A DNA stretch of 64,000 nt, from NCBI GenBank assembly GCA_024655885.1, contig JANLFN010000003.1:158792-222791 (forward strand), read 5' to 3'. The DNA comes from Eubacteriales bacterium (GTDB lineage Bacteria; Bacillota; Clostridia; Acetivibrionales; JANLFN01). Below the pieces are notes generated by a model, which worked only from the letters and a program-made list of their open reading frames with translations, was not told where the DNA came from and searched no databases. Positions 1-7,534 of the stretch are shown in pieces (the stretch's first letter is position 1; every line of letters starts with the position of its first letter). A program made the position numbers and the translations under genes.

Positions 1-484
1 TGTCTCCCGGTTTTATATCGACCGTCACCGCGTCAAGGATGACCCCCTTATCCTGGGGTCCGGCAATGGAAATACGGACCGCTGCCCTGCCTTCCTCCCC
101 CTTGCCGGGATCCTTTAAAGCCTGGGTACCGCCGCCGCTTTGAGGAGCCGCCGTTTTTTCTTTTCCGCCCGCCTCACCGGAAACCGATGGAACTGCCGTC
201 TTCACCGTTTCTTCCGAGGCGGGCCTCCGGGAGCCGGATGCGGGCAATGAGCCCTATTTCTCCGTCTTTGCGGTATCCCCCATTCCCGCCCCTCCCGCGG
301 AAGCTGCAAGCTCCGGGGCGTTATCCGGGGACTGCTGCAGTACGTTTGCCTGCGGAGGGGAAGTTTCTCCCTCCGCAGGCAGGTCCGCCTTTTGGCCTGT
401 CCCGCCGCAGGAAGCCATCAGCACCAATACCGCCAGCAGCACCGAAAGACATGGCAGCAATCCTGTTTTAACAATTCTGTTCAC
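1..484 (-). pseudogene. Lipoprotein with a low-complexity linker and the start of a DUF4430-like domain. The frame is interrupted by an in-frame TAG at 254-256, and the 3' end runs off the window.
   Basis: GTG start at 484 is preceded by AGGAGG with a 6-nt spacer. Signal peptide plus lipobox (LVLMAS|C). The ORF track stops at 254, but the same frame stays open from 253 to position 1. That stretch encodes ...GKGEEGRAAVRISIAGPQDKGVILDAVTVDIKPGD, which resembles the opening strand of the DUF4430 modules in neighbouring genes. Confidence 0.5.
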
Positions 485-542
485 GGTTATCCTCCTATCT
501 TAAGACAGGGAGAAGGGAAAAGTCCCCCTTCTCCCCGGTCTC

Positions 543-3500
543 CTATTTCTTTGCCTTCATCTCATACAGCCTGACGGCGATCACTGCCGCCATCTCGCGG
601 GTTACAGGCTCTTCAGGCCGGAAAAAGGAATTGTCCCCGGTCATGATGTTTTTATTGTACACGGCCGTAATGGACGGTCTGGCCCATTCGCCGGCGGTGT
701 CCAGGTCCGCAATGCCCGGATTTTCACTTTCTGCCTGAAGGCCAAAGGCCCTTGCCGCCATAACCGCCATTTCCTGCCTGGACACAGGCCGGTCGGGTGC
801 GAATTCCTCATCGGATACGCCTTTGATCAGCCCTTTCTCCCTTGCCTTCAGCACATATCCCGCATACCAGCTGTCCTGCCGCACATCCCGGTACACCGGA
901 CTGTAGCCGGCCATCGGCTGTTCCCCCAGGAGCCTTAAAAGCAGCACGGCAAATTCCGCCCTGGATATCTTCCTTGCGGGCTCGAACCGTTTTGCAGCGG
1001 CATCCGTGCCCTGCATCAAATGATACTGGGCCGCCTTTTGCACATAGGGCAGGGCCCAGCCGGATATGGCCTGGGTGTCCGAATACAGGTCGGCCGCACC
1101 GGCCAGTTCATACAGCCTCTTGCCGCCTTCCAAGAATCTCTTGTAGGCCGTGAGAGCCATCAGGGCCTGCTCTGTCGCCATTTCATCGCTGTTTGCGCCC
1201 TTGAGGTGGGAAAAGCCCCCGTCTTCTTTTTTAAATGCCAGCAGAGAGCTTAAAAGATCCCCCTCGGTCTTGGTGAAGGAAGCGCTCCCGGGGTCCACGC
1301 CCAGGGAGGTCAGTGCAATAATCACCTGGGAAATGCTTTCGCTGGATTCGCTGTCCCAGTTCTTAAAGCCCCCGCTTTTCAGCTGGGCCCTTGAAAGCCA
1401 GTCCACGGCCTTTGTCACCGCTTTTTTCACGTCCGCCCTGTCCTTGTAATTGGACAGGGCCTGCAGTGCCATGGCGGTGAGATCCACCCCGCTTTTCTCC
1501 CCTTTTGAAAGGCAGAATCCGCCGTCGGAGTTCTGGTATTCCAGGATCAGGCTCGCCAGCCCGTCCCTTGTCCACCGGGCATTTTCCGGTATGCCGTATT
1601 TCCCGCTGTCCAGGGCAATCAGTGCAAACACGGGCCCGGAGACTCCCTGTTTGTCCACTTTTTCAAAGTTATACAGCTTTTCAACCAGGTTGCAGCCTTC
1701 CAGGGCTTCAGGGTCCAATCCTACAGCTTTTGCCGCCAGCATGACCCTGGCGATATCCGTTGCAGTGCGGAAGGAACCCGCCTGTTCCTTAATATAATTC
1801 TTAAGGGACTCCCCATACCCGGCCGGGACTTTCTGACCGGCCTGGGCCAGCGCAAAAGCGGACCAGTCCGAGAGGGGGTCCTGTCCCAGTATTTTTTTCA
1901 CTGTCGTCTGCATATTCTCAGACAGCACCTTTTTCAGTTCTTCCTTCTGTGTCTTCGCAGAAGTCCCGGCGCTGCCCGACCCACTGCCGGCCTCTGTCCG
2001 GCCGCTGCCGTCGGTCTGGGTGCCTGTCCCGCCGTCCTCAGTGCCGTCCAGGGTCAAGGTGTAATACCACCGGACCACATCCCCGTCGCTGAGAATGTAT
2101 GTCCCGGCGCTCACATTGGGATTGATCCCGTTCACCGAGTACATCCATCCGCTTTCGGGTCCCCGGTCGAACTCAGCCAGCCCGTCGATGCTGGACACAT
2201 ACAGGCTGGACCCCGAGCCTTTTTTCGTGACCCTGCCGTTTCCCAACGCCCTTACAAGGATACTGTAGGGAGTGTCTCCGGCCTGTAGCGCAACCGTCCT
2301 GGAAGACAGGATTGTCCCTTTCTGGCTGTCTCCCGTCACCGACAGCGTTACAGTCTTTGAAGAAGGCGTGGTATCCCCGCCGCTGCCGCCGCTTCCGCTG
2401 TCGTCAGGCGGCTGGGGGGTGTACACCACAAATTTGGTGAAGTGCTTTGTCCATACCACCAGATCGCCGCCCACGTCAATTTTACCGGCTCCGTCATCCG
2501 GCAGGGCGAGAGCTGCCGCCATCGAATCCTGTGCAAGAACGGTGTCAATCGTTTGCAGGGAACCGCTGCTGCCGATAAAGCCCAGTGATTTTCCAGCCTG
2601 TCCTGGAAACACCAGTCTTACAGGTTTGTCGAAGGCCAGGGAAAAACCCGGGGCCCCCACTTCAATAACAGCGTTGACGGTGGCATTCGATACCGTAACA
2701 CTGCTCGTGGGCAAAAGGGAGGGCAGCTGTATAGTGCCATCCCAGCCTGCGGACGAGGTGATGGTGGTGTTCTGGGGAATGTCCATGGCCACGGTTCCCC
2801 CCGTCACGGCCACGTCCGCATGGATATAGGGAACGGTTGCGGCAGTTTGTCCATTGGTCACGGTTGTATTAACCTGCAAGCTGGTACTGCTGATTCCCTG
2901 ATCCACAGTGATCACTGTAGGGGCGGAAACCTCCAGTTTTTTCCCGTTTGTGCCTATATTGACCCGGTTGTCGGGACTACTGTAAACCACCGGTATGCTT
3001 CCGGTTCTCAGCAGACTGGGATAACTCCCCGGATTGTCCTTGCTCACCTTTAACCCATAGGTACCCGGCACATCCACACTGGATATCTCTACCTTTCCCT
3101 CATCGTCGGTGGTATACGTTTTTCCGTTGAAGCTTACAACAGCGCCTGCAACTTCTTTCTTATCTACCATTTGTTGCGCCGTATAATCATAATAACCGGC
3201 AGAGTAGACCGTAGCCGCCACAGATTCTCCTACCTTGGGCTGCTCGGGTTGGATGTCCACCAGGGGAATCAGCGTGTCGGGAGGATACATCCCGTAATAG
3301 AATATGATATCGTCCCCGTCGTTGATGTTATGTTCCGCAGGAACATCAGAAATTAATTCTCCATTGACCAGACACAGCCACCCATCCCAACCATGAAATT
3401 GCCCTGCCGTTTCTCCATTAATACTGCTGACATAGCCCCCGCTTTCAGCAGTATAAGGTATCTCCATAGAATCCAGCAGCTGCTTTAATGCGTCCAGCAC

Positions 3501-5159
3501 TGTCTGTTCGCTCCCTGAAGAGGAAACAGTCACATCCGTGTCTGCGATCGTTTCACTGCTTCCCTCCACCCGCACATGGACGGTTTTGGAAGCGGGACTG
3601 TAGTAAACCACCGTTATTCCGGTTCTCATCAGGCCGGGATAACTTCCCGGATTGTCCTTGCTCACCTTCAATGTATATGTACCGGCTGTATCTGCACTGG
3701 GGATAAGCACCTGTCCCTCATCATTTGTAGTGTACGTTTCACCATTGAAGCTTATCCGGGCACCTGAGACCTTAACCGGTACTTTCTCTTCTGCCTCCCC
3801 TTCCCAGTGAGAATAGCTGGAGGTAACTGTAACCGTCAAATCTTCTCCCACTTTGGGTTGGGCAGGCTGGATCTCTATCTCGGGCACCAGCGTATCCGAG
3901 GGACTCGCGGGATACGTGCCGTAATAAAATACCAGATCGTCTCCGCTCTGAAGCGCATAGGCGCCTATCCCTACGGAAGACAGCTTCCCGTTAATCAGGA
4001 AAAGCCAACCCGCATACGGTGGGCTTGCTTGTGCCTCCTCCCCGTTAATACTCGTGAGATAGAGTCCTAAAAGCGAGTCTACAATCTCATAGCTGATGTT
4101 CCGGTCATTCAGCACCTGTATTAAGGCATCCGCAGCGGTTTGCCCGTATACGGCAGATGTTACGCTGACATCCGTATCCGCAATGGTCTCGCTGCTTCCC
4201 TCCACACGCACGTGAACAGGAACCCCCGGCGGAACCGGCGATGAAGCTCCCAGCCTGGTCCACACGCTTGAGCCCTCTGCAATATCCCCGAGGGCAATCA
4301 GTGATTGTTCTGTTGCCAGGCCATTGGATTGAGTCGAATCAAGTTGAAATAAAAAGGAGCCATCCTCTCTCTGGAACCGCTTGAGAGCATCCAGCATGGA
4401 CGTTCCATCTTTTTCCCAGCTATCGGAAAATATGTTTTCTCCAGCAGCCACCAGCCCGGAGATTACCGTTGCAATGGTATTTGAATTTTCCTTTCCCTGC
4501 GAGCTGAAGCCGCCTGTACCAAGCTGCTGTTCTCTTAAAAATGAAACGGCACTACTGATGGCTGTATTTACCCCTGTCTGCTCCCTATGCCTTGACAAGG
4601 CAACAAGGGCCATCCCGGTGACATCATTATCACCATAGTCGCCGGTCAGCGCAAAGCCCCCGTCCGATTTCTGCTGGCTTAAAAGCCATGACACGGCATT
4701 TGACTTATTATAATCCCCTCCCGCAGTATCCAGGGCGATCATAGCCCATATGTGCATATTGACAGCGCCATTGCCGAAAGAGCCGTTTGTTCCTTGCTTA
4801 CCGGCCAGTTCAGAAAGCAAATTTCTTCCACCGAGAGCATTGCTCGGGTCCTCACCCATAGCCAGGAGACCGAGTATGCAGCCTGCATATTCGGTGGGCT
4901 GCACGTTCCCGGCCAGATCCCCGCCTTCCCACTGGGGCAGTGTCCACTTCCCGTCATGGATGTCCTGCCCGGCTCCCTTCAAGGCCACCAGCTCCCACCA
5001 GGAATCAAGCGTTGTCTTGTGCTGCCTGTAGTAGTCCACTGCCGCCGTGAGCATGTCCGAACCGGCATCCGCAAAAAGATTGACCGGCAGCAGTGTTATA
5101 AGCATGGATAGAACCAGCAAAAGAACTATGTTCTTCGTAAAAACTCTTTTATATCTCAT
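543..5159 (-). CDS. Giant secreted S-layer-anchored protein: two prenyltransferase/terpene-cyclase-like alpha-alpha toroid regions, three DUF4430 (transcobalamin-like C-terminal) modules, Ig-like spacers and three C-terminal SLH repeats.
   Basis: The ORF is 543..5273. The start is placed at ATG 5159 (AAGGGGGAG SD, then signal peptide MRYKRVFTKNIVLLLVLSMLITLLPVNLFA) because 5160-5273 overlaps the riboswitch terminator hairpin. Toroid repeats: QQKSDGGF, QLGTGGF, REDGSF, YQNSDGGF, QLKSGGF, KKEDGGF. DUF4430 signatures: GWLFLINGK..SGDDLVFYYG, GWLCLVNGE..DGDDIIFYYG, GWMYSVNGI..DGDVVRWYYT. SLH motifs: ISRAEFAVLLLRLLG, VSRQEMAVMAARAFG, VTREMAAVIAVRLYE. Confidence 0.85.
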   Translation of the reverse strand: MRYKRVFTKNIVLLLVLSMLITLLPVNLFADAGSDMLTAAVDYYRQHKTTLDSWWELVALKGAGQDIHDGKWTLPQWEGGDLAGNVQPTEYAGCILGLLAMGEDPSNALGGRNLLSELAGKQGTNGSFGNGAVNMHIWAMIALDTAGGDYNKSNAVSWLLSQQKSDGGFALTGDYGDNDVTGMALVALSRHREQTGVNTAISSAVSFLREQQLGTGGFSSQGKENSNTIATVISGLVAAGENIFSDSWEKDGTSMLDALKRFQREDGSFLFQLDSTQSNGLATEQSLIALGDIAEGSSVWTRLGASSPVPPGVPVHVRVEGSSETIADTDVSVTSAVYGQTAADALIQVLNDRNISYEIVDSLLGLYLTSINGEEAQASPPYAGWLFLINGKLSSVGIGAYALQSGDDLVFYYGTYPASPSDTLVPEIEIQPAQPKVGEDLTVTVTSSYSHWEGEAEEKVPVKVSGARISFNGETYTTNDEGQVLIPSADTAGTYTLKVSKDNPGSYPGLMRTGITVVYYSPASKTVHVRVEGSSETIADTDVTVSSSGSEQTVLDALKQLLDSMEIPYTAESGGYVSSINGETAGQFHGWDGWLCLVNGELISDVPAEHNINDGDDIIFYYGMYPPDTLIPLVDIQPEQPKVGESVAATVYSAGYYDYTAQQMVDKKEVAGAVVSFNGKTYTTDDEGKVEISSVDVPGTYGLKVSKDNPGSYPSLLRTGSIPVVYSSPDNRVNIGTNGKKLEVSAPTVITVDQGISSTSLQVNTTVTNGQTAATVPYIHADVAVTGGTVAMDIPQNTTITSSAGWDGTIQLPSLLPTSSVTVSNATVNAVIEVGAPGFSLAFDKPVRLVFPGQAGKSLGFIGSSGSLQTIDTVLAQDSMAAALALPDDGAGKIDVGGDLVVWTKHFTKFVVYTPQPPDDSGSGGSGGDTTPSSKTVTLSVTGDSQKGTILSSRTVALQAGDTPYSILVRALGNGRVTKKGSGSSLYVSSIDGLAEFDRGPESGWMYSVNGINPNVSAGTYILSDGDVVRWYYTLTLDGTEDGGTGTQTDGSGRTEAGSGSGSAGTSAKTQKEELKKVLSENMQTTVKKILGQDPLSDWSAFALAQAGQKVPAGYGESLKNYIKEQAGSFRTATDIARVMLAAKAVGLDPEALEGCNLVEKLYNFEKVDKQGVSGPVFALIALDSGKYGIPENARWTRDGLASLILEYQNSDGGFCLSKGEKSGVDLTAMALQALSNYKDRADVKKAVTKAVDWLSRAQLKSGGFKNWDSESSESISQVIIALTSLGVDPGSASFTKTEGDLLSSLLAFKKEDGGFSHLKGANSDEMATEQALMALTAYKRFLEGGKRLYELAGAADLYSDTQAISGWALPYVQKAAQYHLMQGTDAAAKRFEPARKISRAEFAVLLLRLLGEQPMAGYSPVYRDVRQDSWYAGYVLKAREKGLIKGVSDEEFAPDRPVSRQEMAVMAARAFGLQAESENPGIADLDTAGEWARPSITAVYNKNIMTGDNSFFRPEEPVTREMAAVIAVRLYEMKAKK

Positions 5160-5231
5160 AACCTTGCAACTCCCCCTTTTAAATTTCCAATCATGAAAAA
5201 CCCTGCCGTACTTTTTCATACTTTCCGCTAC

Positions 5232-5515
5232 AAAATAAAACCTCTCAACTGGAATTGTTAAGAGGTTTTTCATAAAAAGGCATATTTAAATGCACAAAAA
5301 AAACACCCCCTATCCTTCGTAGAGTTTTTGGTGCATGGACACAGGCAGGTCTTCTGGCTCAAGCCTCATCACCCCCCCTACCTTCCCGGTTTATCAGTGG
5401 CATTCCTGGGGGGATTCTTCTTATACAGCGGCGGGACCGCGCGGGATTCTCACCCGACTTCCCTTTTCACCGGTTCGCGATTACCCCTTAATCACAACCG
5501 GCACCTGAATCCTTT
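5232..5515 (-). promoter_or_regulatory. Cobalamin riboswitch RS1 (aptamer ~5304-5512) with terminator hairpin (5237-5270).
   Basis: The minus strand reads GGTGCC...AAGGGAAGTCGGGTGAGAATCCCGCGCGGTCCCGCCGCTGT...GCCACTG...GGGAAGG...AGCCAGAAGACCTGCC (B12 box = 5344-5359). It is followed by AAACCTCTTAAC-N7-GTTGAGAGGTTT plus a U-rich tail. Confidence 0.9.
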
Positions 5516-5781
5516 TTCAATATTTAATTTGTACGGCTGCTGTCCTCCTGTGCAGGAAAGAATTCTTTGCAGCAAATGCTGATGAACAAAACACCCTCCT
5601 GCCACTATAGACAAAACGGGATAAATCTATGTTATAGTTCCACCCCTTATATGAAAATTCTTCTAAAACAGGTTCATAGAAGGGAAGGCTCCCTAGTTTC
5701 AATTGCAGCGGAGTTCACCCTCGAGTCCCAAGCCGGATTTTCCACCCGGCTCCCCGGGCAAATTTTTCCCTTGCCAAGTAT

Positions 5782-5810
5782 ATTTTATGTAACTGTCTCC
5801 TTTATGTCAA
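5782..5810 (-). promoter_or_regulatory. Near-consensus sigma-A type promoter (TTGACA-17-TAAAAT) reading toward RS1.
   Basis: Minus strand TTGACA at 5805-5810 and TAAAAT at 5782-5787, with an exact 17-nt spacer. It lies ~260 nt upstream of the RS1 aptamer. Confidence 0.6.
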
Positions 5811-5875
5811 TACATTTTTACCCGGGCAACTCAACTTCAAATGGCCCAAAAAGCAAGAAAATCAGCAAAGCAGTC

Positions 5876-6607
5876 CTATTCCGCTTTTTTGCACAGCCTG
5901 GCACCGAGGAAGAGAAAAACAATAAAATACAGCATCAGTATTCCAAGGTGGGAAGCCATGCTCAAAGGGTCCTCACCCCGGCTTCTCAAGCCAAGGCTTG
6001 TGTGGGTGAGCGGCAAAACCCAGATCAGCTGCTTCAGTCCGAAGGGCATTTTATCCAGGGGGAAAAAAGTGCCGCAAAGGAAGGACATGGGAGTGATGAT
6101 AAAGTTTGTGAATTTCCCCATGTCCGCATGAGAATCAATAAGCAGCCCCACAGCAAAGCCTAGTGCGGAAAAGACAAAGCAGTTAAGCACTATGATGGCG
6201 ATAAAATAGGCGTCAATCCGGACTCCTGCCCTGAATGCAAGGGACAGGAGGAGGATGAGCAGTCCCGAGTACATGCCTCTCAATGCTCCCGCCGTTATCT
6301 TGCCCGCGGCATATACCATCATATTCAAAGGGGCAATCATGAATTCCTCGAAGGTTTTCTCGTAGATCCTGGAAATATTGATGCTGTTGGCAATATTGCT
6401 GAAGCTGGCCGTCATGGTGCTGAGCCCTATGATTCCCGGGATTACAAAACTCACATAGCCCGTTCCGCCTACCTTTATTTCGCTTCCAAGCCCCCATCCG
6501 AAGGCGATGAGATAGAGTACGGGTCCGACCATGGAGCCGGTGGTGGTGCTCCAGAATTTTCGTTTAAAAATCACATACTCCTGCCATAAAATGGTCATGA
6601 ACTGCAT
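5876..6607 (-). CDS. ABC-2 type exporter permease.
   Basis: 243 aa with six predicted hydrophobic segments and an ABC-2/NodJ-DrrB-like layout. It starts 1 nt after the stop of the upstream ATPase gene. Confidence 0.8.
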   Translation of the reverse strand: MQFMTILWQEYVIFKRKFWSTTTGSMVGPVLYLIAFGWGLGSEIKVGGTGYVSFVIPGIIGLSTMTASFSNIANSINISRIYEKTFEEFMIAPLNMMVYAAGKITAGALRGMYSGLLILLLSLAFRAGVRIDAYFIAIIVLNCFVFSALGFAVGLLIDSHADMGKFTNFIITPMSFLCGTFFPLDKMPFGLKQLIWVLPLTHTSLGLRSRGEDPLSMASHLGILMLYFIVFLFLGARLCKKAE

Positions 6608-6608
6608 A

Positions 6609-7448
6609 TCAGTCCCCCACCTTTCGATTGGTCAGTTTGATAAAAGTGTCCTCCAGGTTGGCGGGCCGGATGTTTACGCTTCCTTCCATTCCCGCCGCGC
6701 TTTCGATGGCCTCCTGTCTCGAATTGAAAAAGCTGGTTCTGGTTGTGCCGTGGTCGAAATACTCCAGCACGAATTTCCCCGTTTTTTCTATCAGCCTCTT
6801 CGGCGTATCCAGCTCCACCAGCCGCCCTCCGTTCATGAGTCCCACCCTGGTGCACAGCACCTCCGCTTCCTCTATATAGTGGGTGGTCAGCAGCACCGTC
6901 AGGCCGTTCTTGTTAAGCTCCTTCATCAGGTCCCACATCTTCCGCCTCACAGCGGCATCCAGGCCCACGGTGGGCTCGTCTAAAAGAAGGATCCGGGGCG
7001 CATGCATCAGCGCCCGTGCAATCATCAGCTTTCTCTTCATTCCCCCAGAAAAATTCTTCACCGGTTCATGGGCCCGGCCGGACAGGTCGGTGAACTGTAA
7101 GAGCTCATCAATGCGCTTCCTGCGGAGCTCTTTGCGCAGGCCGTAAAGACGGCCGTGGAGCTCCAGGTTCTGCCAGGCCGTCATTTCCCCCTCCAGGTTC
7201 ATGTGCTGCGGGACAACCCCGATTTTTGCCTTCAGCTCGGTGAGGTTCCGGTCCATTTTTCTGCCGTCCATGGAAATAGAGCCGCCGGTGGGGGGCGTGA
7301 GGGTGCTCAGCATCCTTATGGTCGTCGTTTTTCCCGCCCCGTTGGGCCCCAGAAGCCCAAAAAACTCACCCTCTTCTATTTTAAGATTCAGGTTGTCTAC
7401 CGCAGTTATGTCCCCGTATTTCTTTGTGAGGTTTTCAAAAACAAGCAA
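6609..7448 (-). CDS. ABC transporter ATP-binding protein (partner of the ABC-2 permease).
   Basis: Walker A GPNGAGKTT, signature FSGGMKRKL, Walker B LLLDEPT. TTG start with a GGAAGGGGAG SD. Confidence 0.85.
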   Translation of the reverse strand: MLVFENLTKKYGDITAVDNLNLKIEEGEFFGLLGPNGAGKTTTIRMLSTLTPPTGGSISMDGRKMDRNLTELKAKIGVVPQHMNLEGEMTAWQNLELHGRLYGLRKELRRKRIDELLQFTDLSGRAHEPVKNFSGGMKRKLMIARALMHAPRILLLDEPTVGLDAAVRRKMWDLMKELNKNGLTVLLTTHYIEEAEVLCTRVGLMNGGRLVELDTPKRLIEKTGKFVLEYFDHGTTRTSFFNSRQEAIESAAGMEGSVNIRPANLEDTFIKLTNRKVGD

Positions 7449-7473
7449 TCTATTCTCCCCTTCCTAAAGCTAT

Positions 7474-7534
7474 GAGACAAGGGGACGGTTCTTCTGTCTG
7501 CCAAAGGCAGACAGAAGAACCGTCCCCTTGTCTC
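7474..7534. repeat. A-type perfect palindrome A1 (29-bp arms, 3-nt loop), REP-like.
   Basis: GAGACAAGGGGACGGTTCTTCTGTCTGCC-aaa-GGCAGACAGAAGAACCGTCCCCTTGTCTC. A 26-nt core is identical to the copy at 11513-11573. No U-tract on either side. It overlaps the stop codon of the 7533..8759 gene. Confidence 0.85.

Noticed and set aside
254-256. Pyrrolysine decoding of the in-frame TAG.
   Set aside because: TAG terminates other apparently normal genes in the window, and the codon lies in a low-complexity linker rather than an active site. It cannot be excluded without the rest of the genome, so it is kept only as a minor alternative in the finding.
2985-4218. Repeated DNA that might be mistaken for a CRISPR or tandem-repeat array.
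   Set aside because: It is a coding tandem duplication (a DUF4430 + Ig-like module) inside the 1538-aa gene. No short direct repeats with unique spacers occur anywhere in the window.
5160-5273. N-terminal extensions of track ORFs (543..5273, 40284..40580, 45588..46916, 41626..42201, 31116..32741).
   Set aside because: The extensions run into riboswitch terminators or aptamers, or lack an SD. Internal starts with good SDs and canonical protein N-termini were preferred.
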